Notes: generated by a model from the sequence alone, not told the origin. DNA of 64,000 bases from Octopus vulgaris (GCA_951406725.2 OX597815.1:83576001-83640000), one strand, 5' to 3'. Counted from the stretch's first letter, positions 40,610-55,897 are shown. A program made the numbers and translations.

Positions 40610-43600
40610 CATCTTCGAGATATTTAAGATATCTGTTTCATAATCGTTTACTAGCATTAATAGTTTAGCATATTTTCTAGCATAACGTTTCTTCTACGTG
40701 ACAAAATTTAGTGCCGCTGTAAAACAATTTAACGTCCGTGCCTCTCTTTATAATTTTTTCTTTCCTTTTTTCTCTTTCTCTGTTTCCCTCCTATTCTCAC
40801 ATGCTCATACTCTCTCTATTTCTTGTGTTCTTTCTCTTCGTGTTTCTCTCCTTCTCCTTGCCAATAAACCAACCATATCATCATTGTTTGAACGACGAAA
40901 TCCTAAAGCTGTAATAAATTCTTATATGCACACATTTAGAATGCAATGCTAGCATGAGATTGTAGAATACCAAAAAAACTACGTCCTCTTCCTGAAATGA
41001 ACACGTAGTCTTCGAGTGATAATAGTTTTACTGTCGATTACGAGAAGAAATCGAGACACACTTTGGGTTCGTGTAACTTATTGCACGATATTACATTGAA
41101 ATGAGGGTCTTTGCATAGAGAAAATTAAACAAAACAAAAAAGAAAACACAAGGAGGAAAAATTAAATTTTCTTGAAAAATTTATTCAATTTTCTTTGGCG
41201 AATTAATTAATCCTTTCATGCAAGGATCGTTGTTAATACCGATTTCTATGTAGTGAATCAGAGGTGACTATTGCAGTAGTATGAAACCATGGGAATTATT
41301 CTAATGTTCTTCAAATTGAATTGCTAACGTCAGATGAATTATACAGAGTTGTTGTCGCTGTTGTTTTTACCGTTGTACTTCTTGTTTTTGTTTTTATTTT
41401 TTGCTCTTGTTGTTATAACCTTAATTGCTGAAGTTGCTGCTACTGATATTGTTGCTCTATTAACGTTGAAGCCTTTGTAATCGCTGTAGGTTTTCTTTTT
41501 ATTCTTTTTACGAAGTAGAAGGTGTTTTGTTATTAAATTAATTAACAACCACTACGGCAAAGTAAAGAATAGCAAAAACAAAAATATCAAACGTATCATA
41601 ATCTAATGTAATCTCCAAATGACAACAACTATAATAAATGATGCTTTTTTTCTTATAAAAAATGAGTATAAATAATATAAATAACTTATAAAGTACAGAG
41701 TAATGTAATTTAAAAACAGTAGCTTCAACATACATAAAACGAAATGACCAATATAAGCCACAAGTAATAGAAGAATGTCATCGATGACAAATTGGAAGTG
41801 AAGTGATAACAAAAACACAAACCTCGATGATAATTAAGACATAAGTCTAAAGTGATTAATAAACAATTCTAAGACCGGGAAATACGTTGAAAATGACAAA
41901 ATATAGGCGCGAAATGCAAGATAAAAAAATTGGCCATAACGAATATAGTTGCATAGACAATAGAATATTTATCTTAATCAGGGCTGTCAATTTTCTTATT
42001 TTGATATTCACTTAAGCTTAAGAACATAGGTGTATGGATAACAATCTACTTCATGAAATTCTGAAAGATTATGAGCTGAATAAAAATATGCGTATTCCAA
42101 TTTTGAAATATCGAAGAAAATTTTCCATAGAAAACAAACGGATGAAAGATGAATAAAATAAATGGGAAAATCGACAAATTAAAGACGAGGAATTATAAAA
42201 GAAAAGCCCCTATTAATGTCGTTCATATACTATCGGGCTGTCATCTACATGTGTTCGGTAGTGAGATTATGGTGCTTATAAGTAAATATTTTCAATATTT
42301 TGATGAAACATAGTACTTCTAATATGTTCTTCATTTCGATTATTAAGGTTTTATTCATCTGAAAGACATATTATATAGGTATTGTACTTTAACCCTAGAA
42401 CGGATTAATGTTCGAGAAAAGAATTATTGCGTTTTCCTACAAATAACCGGAATATACGCTTAGTTAGTTTGGAGTGACTTATTAAACTTTTATAACTATA
42501 ACGATTGCTCTGAGTCGATTCCCATCTCCAGTCCTGTTCAATAAATTAAAACAAGTTATTTTAAGCTATGTGTATCAGAATGATTTTCCTTTGACTTACT
42601 TTTCCTGCTAATTTTCGCGATTATGTATTCAGAACTTATTTGCGTCAGTTATAAGCACAAAGTATGTAAAATTACACACCCACACATGTGTATGTATGTG
42701 TGTGTGTGTCTGTGTGTGTGTGTGTGTGTGTGTAGTACACTTTGACCTTACCACAAAAGCCGAAAGAGCGAGAGATACACTTATGCTTCAGAGCTATGTA
42801 TGACTTTCGCTTAATCAGTTGTGTGCGTGTATGTATTCAAGTAAATATATTTGTGACTGTGTGTATGAGTGTATACTGCTATCAATAAAACCTGGATTCT
42901 TTAATGATTAAGCCCCAAAATATTGGTTCTTACAATTACTTATTATAGATACAATGCATACGACGAGATGTCAGTAATAATTACTAAAAAGATACAAAGT
43001 ATGCAAATTTCAATAAAACAATGAAATTTTGTCGAGAACTGAAGCTTATGTGTTTCATTGGTATGTTGGAATTTTTGTCGTAATTGTGTATTAACAACAA
43101 CTGCAAGAAAATAACAGAAGGGAAATGGTGTTAATATCCTAAACAAGTATTCTCTTTCGCTCAAAACATTATAGCGGCTGCATTACTATAACTTTCATTT
43201 CATTGTTGAAATTCATTTCCAAAAATATGTCAAGACCTTAAATTATATGATAGGAAGAACGAGACAATAAGGAAATCGAGAATATCAATGCAATGTGAAA
43301 GTGTAGCGAAAAGCATACATGAAGGACAACTCCGGTCCCATAAAAATAATTAAAAACACTTTAAAATAAAGAAGGAGAAATAACTTTTCTTGTTAGAAAC
43401 GGGAATATTTTAAACAAACCTACATGAAATGTATTCATAGATTATCGAAAATTTCAACATACTTTATATATCTAAATAAATTTTCAAAACTATATTCGCT
43501 TGATGAAATGTGCGTATTTTGGTGAAACAATGAAATACTTATACACCTCGAACATCATCATAATTGCAATTTCAATAAAGATTATTTTGACATTAATTTA

Positions 43601-44589
43601 ATCAAATTTATCTTTCATACTTTACCTTCATTATGATTCTGACATCGATCTATCTCGTTTTGCTCAGAGAGAACAATGGAATCATGTTCGTGTTTGATTC
43701 TCAGATGATTTAGCATTGTTACATGTATGAAAATCTAAGTGAAAAGTTTTAACCTGTAATCTCTCAAGGGATTAGTATTGACTGCTCAACGAAACATAAA
43801 AACTGATTTACCATTTGGACTACATATTTTTTATGGTCTTCAGAGATCAATTTGAAGCCTATATGATTAATCCCATGATCAAGCGCATTCCAGGCTTCCC
43901 TAAAGCCCGTTTCTAATTAAATACACTGTCGTTTCCTTATTTAAGGCGATAAGATTTTATAAAAAGATACTTTGGCAACTATTTGTAGCAGATGTAGCAA
44001 TCTCGTACAGGATCTCTTGTTGTGGCGTACCATATATTTTGTACTTTCATCTAGTAAGAATTGGTTATTTTGAATCATTTCTGCTTCAGTTGGAAAATAG
44101 TGGAGAGTGCTTATTGATACATATATTTCTTTTCCAATTTACGTATTAAACAAAATATTTGATAATCAAACTCTTATGCAACAAATTGAAGAACAGCAAT
44201 TTTTTTTTTTGCTTTTTTATATTCAATAATAGGAAAGGAAACGATAATTTGTATTTAGTTCATATCCATTCATATTCTGAATCCAAATCCTTCCAGATTC
44301 AACTTTGTCTTTAGAATTTTCTTGGGTTTGTGTTGATCTAATCGAATTGTAGCCTTTCCTTAAAGTGAGTGGCCTTAAATATATATTTGAAAAATTGTTA
44401 TAAACTTTGATTCTAAAAATTGGAAATAATTCTTTTATTTTATTGCATATCTACATTTATTAATTTATTCAGATATTACACTCTGAGACTTCTAAAATTG
44501 ACCTAAGCATACTTGAAATCTCTAAGTAATATATTACAGTTCTGTTGAGAAATGCTGTTCTTCATTTCTTTTAATTCAGCTAATACATC

Positions 44590-45950
44590 ATTTACAAATG
44601 CAGCAGAAACAGAGTTTTGTAGAATCGTGCAATAATCTGATTCTTAACACCTTTTTCAAAAGCAATCAAATAACTGTTCATAAGTTTTTGTCTTTCATTG
44701 TAAAATGTCTTGACATTTATGTAACCTCTTTTAATGACCTGCATTACACTGCACAATATTCTGTTAATCATTCCACTTTCTTGAAATCGGAAATCTTCTT
44801 TACTCATGACCTTCTGAATATTGTTAGATAATGAAAAGAAGTATTTTTCTTTATTTCATCAGACACATTTTCTCATGTGTCATTGATACCTAGATCTGTC
44901 CAATATTCTTTGATAGATGAGAGTTATATCTTCAGTAACAATGCACATTGTTGTAGTCACTGTAGAAGTTGGCATAATACATCGCATTTTCAAAGCTGTA
45001 ACATTCCAGTAATCATTGCTTTGTGACTGGTGGTGTTAGACACAGGTAAGTTGTTATGTAAAATCCGTATTTTTACGGACTGAAATGTTACTAATTTTAT
45101 CCGCAGCGACTAATTGAAGACTATATCTAACGCATTTTTCAGATGACATAATTATGCCTTCGATTTCCATTCTGTAAAAGTAAAATAGCTTTTTTCATTT
45201 CAAGTAATCTATTTCAAACAGTCACTATTCAAAACCTCATGCAAGTAGGGCTTTGTAAAATCATGTTCATTTGTTCGACGTGATTACATTAATATTTGAT
45301 TCCATTACTAAAATATTTATCCCACTCTCCCCTTGAATGTTCCATAACTTGTGCACACCATCAAGGTTTATTTCTGGATTCGGCAAAGACGTTCACAAAA
45401 CTTAGTAGCAGCAAATATTTTACTGAGCTTGTTAGGACTGCTACATTTGTAAATTTCTGTTTTAGCTAATTACTTTGCAAAACATAGCCAGATTATTTTA
45501 AGCTATTTTCGAGTATTGTCGTGAGTATCTAGCAGCAACATTTGCGCTGTAAGATTTGGCATATTAGTACGATGAAATCGAATAATTTAAAATACACACA
45601 CAAATTACTTTATCGTGTTTTAGGACAATCACACCAAAGACCAATATTTTTTATGCTATTGTTTAATTATAAGCGAGTGAGTCAATCGAAAATAAGGTTT
45701 TCTTGGGACAGTAGGAACGTATGAATGTCTGTATTGATGGGACATTGGGTAAGAATAAAAACTCATGCATTACATTTGTATAACTGAATGCTAAGAATTC
45801 ACTTCCATGTGTATTATTGTATGTCAATAGGGTGCATTGAAATTTCATCATAACTTGTGGCATATTTGAAACTCTCCAAATAATCAAACTACTGTGGGAT
45901 TTAATCCAATGATAACTGAAACACAAATGCAGTATAAATTCTTGTTTACT
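44590..45950 (-). pseudogene. Possible Mutator-like (MULE) transposase relic
   Basis: Coding-like non-repetitive stretch; EWDKYFSNGIKY*CNHVEQMNMIL resembles the W..F...TNNxxExxN motif; eroded SWIM-like cysteines near 44960-45030. Confidence 0.3.
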
Positions 45951-47362
45951 ATGCCAGCCATTTTTATTTCAATTCCTTTTATATATTTTGTGAAGGTATC
46001 AGATAAACTTTGTACTATATTAACTGCATCGTGTGATAAATAACACTTCGCATCATATAGAAATAAAAGTCGCTTTCTTTTAAGTCATAGATCATAGTAC
46101 ATCAAACCCAAGTATCAAGATGAAATAATCAAAACTAGTTATGAAACTAGATTTGTTTGATAAATTCTGTACATGACACCATCTTTGTAGACTTGATTCC
46201 CTGAGACTACAGCAACAAATGCATTAGTCTATATTGAAGACATTAGAGAAATATTAGAAATATTAGAATATTATACTTTTAAAGAAATCGAAAAACAAAA
46301 ACAAAACTCAGAAATATAGGACTAATATTACAAGCTCAGTATAACAAATGCATTTTTCAGTCTTAGAAGAATGCCTACGTATTATCCTACAATAATAATA
46401 TTATATTATGGATAGAATAGACACTATGAAAGCGACATATTCTACACATCTTAGTTAATACTGTTTTGACATAAATGCTTGAAGAAATATCTTACAAGCC
46501 ACGAAGAATGTGCTATGTCATAAAAACTAATTATAAATTTCTATCATAGATATAACAAGCATTATTAGATTGAGGGAAAATGCTGCAGAAATTTACAAGT
46601 AATATGAATCCCGGATTAGTTTTTGAGTAAACTTAAAGCCATGGCACGTCTATTATGGAGTAAAGAATTTTCTTGGCAAAGAGTGTCAATATTCTCCCAG
46701 TTAAACGATTCGAGATGAAGAAAGAAGTGATGGAACTTCATTTATTGTATTGCTTTTGTGTTTTGCGTTTCTATTAGATTCCACTAATATAAAGATATTA
46801 AGGCAAAATTGATTTCGTTAATTGTTTTATGCCAGCACCTACTAAAATTCTGAGTTATATAAGACTAAGTTATCAATGTAACAAATCTCTCACCATCTTG
46901 TTGACTGCAGGACTTCTCAAGTATCTAACAAGTTGTAAAGACACTACAACGCTCCTTACTAGCATTCAATTATGTACATAGAAGAGAACTCTGAACATTC
47001 AATTGCACACTACATCAGCACATGTATGTATATTCGTGTGTAGTATTAGTATGTATATACATGTGCGGTAGGGAATATAGGCATGTATTTTTTTGGGTTG
47101 TATATTTCATAAAGCTAAGAAAAGTACATAAAAATTATGACTGGTTGATGGCTTATACTTTTACATTGTCAGCGAGCAACACAATTTCGAAGATTCCCTG
47201 CTAAACATATTCCAACTCTGAAATAGTAAAATACAAGGCCAAGATACAAACTATCAACATGTACAATTTTGTATAACTTGTAATGTATTGGCATTGTAAA
47301 AAATAATTTAAAGCATTTGTGTATATCAGACAAGGTTTCATTCATGAATATATATATATATA

Positions 47363-47898
47363 TTGGGTTGTCCGGAAAGTTCGTCCCGATTTTTAAAGGA
47401 AAGAAAAAGGTCAGTGAATACTTGCCATTACATTTTTAATCAACCAAATAAGACCCATTTTGGTGCACAATGCGTCTCCATCTTTCCTTTAACTTGAAAA
47501 TACCTTCTTCCCAGAATTGAGGCGGTTTCATGGCAAATAATCCATCAAGGTGTCTTTCCATGTCATCCAAAGAATTGAAATTTTTACTATTAAGACTATT
47601 CTGCAGAGATCTGAATAAGTGGAAATCTGAAGGAGCAATATCTGGGGAATATGGAGGGTGGGTTAACACAACCAAGCCGAGCTGCAGCAATTTTTGTCTG
47701 GTTCCCAAAGCATCAAGTAGCTAAAATGAACTTTCTTATCTTCCATTTTAAAGGCTTACAGAATTAATACAGATTATAGGAACATAAACCTTCTTCTGTG
47801 CTCTAAATGGAGGTGCAGTAGAATCCTATTTTATGGACTCAAAATAAGTTGAATTGTAAGCTACTATAAATCGGCATTCAACTTTCCGAGCAACCCAG
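47363..47898 (-). mobile_element. Complete 536-bp internally deleted mariner (MITE-like) with both TIRs and TA target duplication
   Basis: TA|ttgggttgtccggaaagtt ... aactttccgagcaacccag|TA; HPPYSPDIAPSDFHLFRSLQN motif. Confidence 0.92.
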
Positions 47899-47906
47899 TA
47901 TATATA

Positions 47907-48028
47907 TCTTTATTTTCTCTCCATGTTTCTTTCTGTGTTCCTTTCTATGGAAAAGCGTAGGCTGGAAACGTTAAAGACTTTTGCACTTCCCGAGCGTTAT
48001 ACTAAAGCATCTGTTTGTTGTGAATTCT

Positions 48029-48030
<2 letters not shown>
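47907..48030 (+). mobile_element. Inverted copy of the Penelope terminal repeat
   Basis: Reverse complement of ~48070-48225 (aagcgtaggctggaaacgttaaagac...ccgagcgtta); hammerhead core decayed to ctatgga. Confidence 0.8.
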
Positions 48031-48069
<39 letters not shown>

Positions 48070-48072
<3 letters not shown>

Positions 48073-49985
48073 AGAATTTACAAAAAAAAACAAAATACGA
48101 AGACGGGTGTGTAAAGAACATCAGATGTATTAGTTTAACGCTCGGCAAGTGAGAAGGTCTTTTACGTTTCGAGCCTACGCTCTTCAACAGAAAGGGACAC
48201 AGAAATAAACAGGGGGAAAAAATCGAAAAATGTTTAGTGGCTAGCAATCTATCATGGCGAATGAGATGGGGCGGGATGGGATGTATAGGGATGGTGGGAT
48301 TGGAATGTATAGGGTGGGGTAACGAGGGAGGGGATGACGATAAGAGAGAGGGTGGAAGGGAGGGGGTGAGTAGGAGTGAAGAGAGGAAGTAGGTGCCAGA
48401 GCAAGAGAGGAAAGGTGGGTGGGAGGAAGTAGGTGTGAGAGGAAGAAAGGAGAGAGGAGGGTTAGATGAAGAGGGGAGGAGAGTTGATCCCATATGGTGC
48501 AAAGGAGCGAAGAGAGAAGATTAATCCCTGCTCACGGCGAAGAGGGAAATCCAGTTGGCCCCTGTGCAAGGACAATCTGAATACAGACAGGTGTTGTAGA
48601 GAGTGACCGTTAGAGCGGAAATGGCGCGAGACCGAGGTGTCATTGCAGAGTCCGATGTCTCGGAGGTGTTACACGAAACGGTCAGCCAAGTGGCGTCCCG
48701 TTTGAACGGTGCATAGAGAAGGACAGGAAGATCAGGAGATGCAGTAGAAGGGGTTGCTAGAATTGCAGGTGAAACAGTCAGTGATATGATAGGGTCGATG
48801 ATGGGTGCTTGTGAGGAGCGTGGTGTTGGAGAGGTAAGGGCAAGTGCGACAGCGTGGGCGGGAATAGGGGAACAAGCCGGGTTGGGAGGTTGGGTTAGGT
48901 AAGAAGCTGTGGACGAAGAGGTCTCGTAGGATGTGGTCTTGTTTGAAGGAGGGGAGGGTCTGTTAGGGAAGATGTGCGCAGTGAAGGGATCGGACTGGAG
49001 ATGCCGGAAGGCTCGGAAAATGGTGCGTTGTAGCGTGGTTGAGTGGTAGGTGAGAGGGGAGAGAGCAGATGAACGGTTCACGGAACGTGTTCTGGCAAGG
49101 GCGGTGTGGACAGTAGTGAGGGGATATCCACGTAGGATAAACTGGCGCTGCATGAGTTGAGACTGCGTCTCAAAGGTCATAGTTGTCACTGCAGAGCCTG
49201 CGTAGACGGAGGAATTGAGAATAGGGGATGGAGAGATTGGTGTGTTTATGGTGGGAAAAAGAGAAGTTGAGGTAAGAGTGTGAGTCTGTGTGCTTGTAGT
49301 GGATGCAGGTGGTGAGAGTAGAGTGATGAATGCTGATCGAAATGTCGTGAAAGGCGACTGAGGTGTCGGAGATAGTGCAGAAGTGTAGGGCAGGATGGAA
49401 AGATTTGACAAAAGAGAGGAAGCAGACTACATGTTCGCGGGTGAGTGAGGTCGCGCCGATACAGTCGTCAATATAACGACCGTATAGTTCAGAAGTGAGA
49501 CCAGTGAAACCTGAGAATATTTGGGCCTCAACGTAGCCAACGAACAGGTTCGCATAGTTGGATCCCGAGACCTGCTGGTAAAAATCACCCGGGAACGAGA
49601 AGCAGTTAAATGAGAAGACAAGTTCGGCCAGACGAAGGAGTGTAGATGTGTTAGGTTGGGGGTTGGGTAGAAGGTCAAGGAAATGTTGGAGTGCACGCAG
49701 CCCCTCGTGGTGAGGGACACCGTGTATAGATTCTTGATGTCAAGACTGAAGAGGCATTTAGAGTAGCCAGGAGGGAAGTAGAAAGAGTTAAACAAACATG
49801 GTTGTTGTCATGGATGTGATAGGGGAGGGAAGCCACTAGTGGGGCAAGGACACGGTCAAGATATCTGGATATGAGTTCGGTGGGGCAGTTGTAGGCGGAG
49901 ACGATGGGGCGGCTAGGTTTGTTAAGTTTGTGGATTTTTGGAAGGAAGTAAATTTTGGGAGTGCGAGGGGTGCGGATAATAGCAC
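48070..49985 (-). mobile_element. Penelope-like element, Neptune-type (RT + Zn finger + GIY-YIG), frameshifted and 5'-truncated
   Basis: YFLPKIHK..PSRPIVS, FSLDIKNLYT, YGRYIDD, RPRCRTCPY...FTCNSSN...QTGRHLADRF.*HL; 3' pLTR ends in (TA)n. Confidence 0.92.
48157..48196 (-). ncRNA. Minimal hammerhead-like motif with CUGUUGA core
   Basis: Minus strand: cttt CTGTTGA a gagc gtag gctc GAAAC GTA aaag; loopless palindromic ACGT helix III. Confidence 0.65.
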
Positions 49986-50599
49986 AAACACACACACATA
50001 TATATATATATATATACATACATACATACACAAATATTAACTAGCACGTACACACACATATTCAATGAGGTAAATGACGTAGAGCAGGACAGGTCAATGG
50101 GGCATAAAGGGTCAAATTTTCAAAACTTTCGCAAAGAATGTCGAATGAAACCATGTAGCAGTTAACTAGATTTACAATCTCAAAAACTGCATCATAATTC
50201 TAATAACCACTTCCGATTGATTGTGAAGCAATTTTGTATGCTTAATCCATATAAACATAATCATGTTAGAACCACTGGAAAAGTGCGTAATTTCAGTATT
50301 TAGTGAGACATAAATGGGTCGTCCACACAAGAAGCGAAACGCAGAACAGCATTTGGGTTAATGTTGAAAGCAATCAATACAGAAACGAATGAGAGACGTC
50401 CGACAACCATGCTTGCAGAACAGCAGAGCCTTTTAAGGGTAGACCAATCGCGATGAAGCCCATTCGACACACGTAGTCCAGATTAAGCTGTGTACTTCTC
50501 ACAATGCAATTCTTGGTTGAAACATGTGTTAAGCATAATCCACATAAAGGTCACGCAGCAATCACAATTCATTTTTTCCTGCCTTTGTATCTTCTCCAG

Positions 50600-50708
50600 A
50601 ATCTCTCGCGGATGGAGAACTCAGAGTCATTTCCTCCGAATTATATGCGTTCTCATGGTTATCATCACTATTTTGAGACTCTGCATTACCTGTTTTCTGC
50701 CTTTTCGA
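50600..50708 (+). other. Candidate internal exon (109 nt)
   Basis: Pyrimidine-rich acceptor ttttcctgcctttgtatcttctccAG, consensus donor cga|GTAAGT, two open frames; no homology recognised. Confidence 0.35.
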
Positions 50709-50829
50709 GTAAGTGACTCGCCTTCCCTTTCACTCTTTGACTATGCGAGTTTAGTGGTTATGTATTTTAGATACTAGAAATGCACCATGACTTGATTTCT
50801 GCCCTTTCGAATTCCGGGCTCTGCGATAT

Positions 50830-50863
<34 letters not shown>

Positions 50864-52070
50864 GCACATATATAGAAATACACACACATACACACGCGCG
50901 CGCGTACGCACCTGTATATATACCTACATATAGATATTCTTATATATTGGTGTGAGTGTGCGCGTATTTTATGAATGAGTCCATGTGCATGTATATGTAT
51001 GCGCATATGCTAGAGGAATTTGTAAGAGAGACGGGATATATGCGAATATGTATAGCTAGGGTTTAATTTTACTTCTTGGTCCAGCGTAGATATGATTAAA
51101 AATGAATAAAAACGAAGTGAGATGGAAAATATATATATTTCTATTAATTGTTCAGCTTCAAGTAAGCCGAGATCAAAAAGACGCATTCCTACTTTAATAC
51201 CTCCGTGCCCTTCGTATGTTTAATGAACGAAGGGAAATTTTATATGGTGTAAACACTTTTAAATAAAATGCCACAAAGAAAGCGGTCAACGCTTTGTAGC
51301 CTTTATTCACAAGGTGCATATAATTACATGATAGGATAACTAACTGTTCCTAACTGATGCGGATAACTATTTCTAACATAAAATTCTAGAAATTAAGTTG
51401 CTGTCTTTTAAATTTTTCTGATATTGGAGAAGTTCAATTCATACATTCCGGAATATGAATGCGACAACCATTCTGATGCTAAATATAATTTGAAGCTGTA
51501 AAGAAAGTTTCGATTTTCTCTGTCTTTAGTCAGGAAGGATGAGTAGTGCCTTTGACCTTTTACATCGTCTTTCAAACTTACAGTAGGTGGGGCATGATTA
51601 TCCTGAAACCTGAGACCTCGCCCGAATACCTACAACAGGCCAGACTCCACTGAAATTAACCAAAACTGTGGCAGTATTGGAAACGGAAGACCAAAGCTAT
51701 ATAGTAACGCCTAAATCTGAATCAGGAATGAAAAGATCTGCAATAAGCAACACCTGACATCTCGTTTGACATTCTGCTGGTTCTTCCCCTTCACTATTTC
51801 AAAATAGTGCTTTATCTATCAACCTCGGAAAGACGAAAGTAAAGACCACGTCGGGATTTACAATCAGAACCGAAATTAACGGAGAAACTATTGCAGAGTA
51901 TTGCATCCGGCACTCTAGGGATTGCGCCGATTCGCCTGCCATCTCTCTAAACACATCGGCTTTATTGTGTGAACCTTAGTTGTAGAGGTTTAGGGACTTA
52001 GCTTCACTGAACATGCATACATACATACACACATATATACATACACACGCGTTCAGAGATACACATAGAT

Positions 52071-52124
<54 letters not shown>

Positions 52125-53251
52125 CATCCGTACTGTCATTGTAATAATTAACAACGTTAAGTATCACTTCTGACAACAACAAGACGAACAATATCCCAGT
52201 TTACAATCATTTTACCCATTCGACATTACAAGTCATCATCTGAATCATAGTTGCGATCACAGTATTTTTTGTGCTTCTTCGTGTTATAATATTAAAATTT
52301 CAGTAAGATATAGACGCATGCACAAATACAAGTAGACACTAATAAACACATTTAGATTAACATAAATACGTACACTTTATATATATGTACCACATCATAT
52401 TGTTGACGTAGCTCGACCCAAATATGTTAAATCGAATTCCGTGATCTTCCTTCTCCTCGCTTCACCATTTAAATCCATTTTTGATCTTATAACCTTCTTT
52501 GCATTTTCTGAGATTGAATGACATTTAGTATCTGATTGATCGTCGATAGGTAATGGGTCAGCTTTAATGTGGTATTTGTATATAGTGTGTGTACCAGTGG
52601 TTGTTATAGCGATAGAATATACTTGTTGCAGTAGCACGGTTGTGGGGAATGTGATTATGATCACAATGAATGATGTAGCAGTCATTGTCATTTAGTCAGT
52701 GCTACCATTTTTATATGTTCAGCGTGACGGTCACTTTGTAGTGAATGTATTAACTGTCATAACATTGTTCTAGTGATTATTGTGACTGCTGTGTGTTTTG
52801 TTATTTGAGCTAGAATTTATCATCTTTGCATAAGTGTTTTTGACGAGGGTGTAATAGTAGTTGCTATTACTAACGTGCTGGTGTTTGTAGGGATGGCATT
52901 GTTCGCTTTACTGGTATTATGCACTTGCAGTCAATTCCGATCAAGTAGAGCTTATAATAAAGTTTTAGAATTTCGTTTACTAATTTTAGGTTATCTTAGA
53001 AGTGCTCTGAAGCTCACTATTTGGTTACATTGTTCACCAATTGGACTATACCTTAATTGATTGAGGATTCTTACGGAACCTTATATATTTAATGTGATCG
53101 TCGGTATTGTATTTACCATTTTGTGTGATGTAGTTTAGCCATGAAAACAAAAGAATACCACACTTCGAGAAGATTCTATGCACTCACATTCCATAACATT
53201 TCATTCGCAAGACTGGCGTAAATATTATGCATATAGACACATACATACACG

Positions 53252-53286
<35 letters not shown>

Positions 53287-53650
53287 ATTAAAATACACAT
53301 AATCACAGTGACAGAAAAGTTATGTCCAAATCAATCTTTGACAAAGAACGCATCCAAAGAGTCCATAAACACTAGATAATCATAAAATCAAACCAACCCA
53401 CGAATCTATACATCAATCAGAATACACACAACTGTAAATAGAAATAAGAATAATCATGCACATATAAATCATACATACGTGCACGTACAAAGGACACAAA
53501 CTCGCATATAGAGGTACGCAGACACGCAATACAAGATACGGATATAAAGCCGCCCGCTCATACATACACATTTACACAGAGACAAACACAAGATTGATGA
53601 GTAATTTTATCTGTGTGAGAAATGTGCACCTCTGTTTAGTTGTGTGTGGA

Positions 53651-53689
<39 letters not shown>

Positions 53690-53963
53690 TGCAACTCTGT
53701 CGGTTACAACGACGACGATCAACCGGCTGACAAACAGCCGGCTCCTGAAATTAACGTGGCTGAGTACTCTGCAGACACGTGTGACCTTAACGTAGTTCTC
53801 AGAGATACACAAGGCTAGCCCTTTCAAATACAAGTACTGCTTACTTTTGCCAGCTGACTGGTCTGGAGTAATGTGAAATAAAGTGTCTTGCTCCAGAATA
53901 CAAGGCGTCACCGGGAATTCAACTCACAACCTTACGATTGTGAGCCAAATACTGTAACCACTA
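53690..53963 (-). mobile_element. tRNA-derived SINE
   Basis: Same family as 32170-32467; minus-strand B-box gagttgaattccc. Confidence 0.85.
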
Positions 53964-54399
53964 CTATGTATGTATGTATGTATATAAATATATGCATATA
54001 TATATATATGCATATATATATATGCATATATATATATGCATATATGTAATACTAGCTATTACGTTATCTGATGTTATATTCCTCCTATCGTTCATCAATA
54101 GCATTTCAAATATACTTTTCATAATATCTTGATATTTGTAACACTAAACTGCCCTGTAAATTCATCGCATTAAATTCATCGAAAGAATTACATGGTGGTA
54201 ATTATACCGCCTGCCACCGAATTTCGATAGACAGTTAGAAGTTCATTATAAGGTAATTATATCACGACCCAAACATTCTACAGTTTAATTTATCACCATA
54301 GTAAGTATACCGTTAGTAAATTTGTCGTCATACATTTTATTAGTAGAGTAAATTATTTATTTTTCAGTGATTGCGTAAATACATAGCTTTTCATTAAGA

Positions 54400-54760
54400 A
54401 TAAATAAAAAAATAAAAAAATTTAGCAACAAAATATTTTCAGTATGCATGTGACAGTAAATCCAAGTTCCTTTTCAAAATAGATTCGCCAAAGTGGAATT
54501 AAAAATTAGCTATTTCAAATGTTACAAACAAGGAAGAAACTCTCTTAAAAGAAAAGAAAAAGACAGCAATAATCCGATATTTTATGATTTTGATATTCAC
54601 AGACGATTCCTTGAATTCTTGCTCCACTATCTTTATGTTTCTTTTTGTGTTGTGGAATTTTCGCACCGGTGATAAACTGATCATTACTTCATTCTTTATT
54701 GTTCCATTTTCAAAATTTCAAAAACTTTCGAAATCGCATGAAGGAATATTTTATATTTAT
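54400..54760 (-). pseudogene. Tc1/mariner transposase N-terminal relic
   Basis: ENGTIKN...NTKRNIKIVEQEF and ILKRNLDLLSHAY resemble the ETGSV..T.ENI..V and RILxxxLxxxPY HTH region. Confidence 0.4.
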
Positions 54761-55814
54761 TTGTATTTGTTATACGATATATATTCAGTGAATAAAATAC
54801 TTAAATAATTTTTTTTAAATATTGCCAATGCATTTATTCTGCAGATAAAAATTATTATGATGAATGTATTGATGTCTTTCGCATTGCAATGAACCGATGG
54901 ATAATGTATGGGTTCGTAATGTATTAAATTGTAATGAAATAAGCAGTCGATATATCACATACAATGCATTTGCCACGCTATATAATTCGCCGACGAAAGA
55001 ATAGAAACTGTTTCATCTAAGAGATGTCGTTAAATGGCTATTTAGAAAGCATATGCTTGGGATGCTTGCTCATAGATACAAAATTATCATAAACTCCATA
55101 AAAAAATATTCATCGGAGCTAATTTCCCGCACGTTTCTGATACATATCACAGAGGTGTTGCTTCTCTCTCTTACTACTAAAATAAATTATGTCTGAGGTT
55201 GGAAACAGAACAATGTGTATCCTAATACCAAAGTTCATGCGGTGTAGCTTCGTCTTCTTCACTCATAACTTGGACTGCGATCCAAATGGATGATGTTATC
55301 GCAGTTTTAATAATATAATTATTGATATCCAGAAACCAGACAAGTACAGTTATGCAAATTTACGCTATGTTCATTCACAATGTGTAAGCCTCTTCACAAC
55401 TTCAGTAACATGAAAAATGAACAACAAATCGCCTGATGAGTCTTTGAAGAAAGATGACCTTAGTCGCTTTCAACTTAGTTCAAGTAGTCAAATAATCTAT
55501 GCTGAATGCAACAAAAAATGCGTTTATTAAACCACATCTTATCTGACCTCCATATGCAAATATATTCATAAACTCACTGCATCGTTCCTATATTTTATAA
55601 TTTATAATCAATATGCATATGAGCATGTTGCATCAGTGTATTTTTGTGAGTGTGTATATATTCACACAGCACCAAATGCAGACGACGCAATATATGAAGG
55701 ATAAATTGATATATTTGCTCCTTAATTTTATATATCATGTATTTTATAAAGTTAACGAAGAAATATATTCCTTCCTATTATGCATGTATATATTTATCTG
55801 TCTATCTATTTTCT

Positions 55815-55880
<66 letters not shown>

Positions 55881-55897
55881 CGACAACCGGTGATTGT

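Noticed and set aside
48002-49411. Ser/Pro/Thr-rich ORFs of 166 and 296 aa
   Set aside because: Largely off-frame translations of the Penelope element and its pyrimidine-rich 3' UTR.
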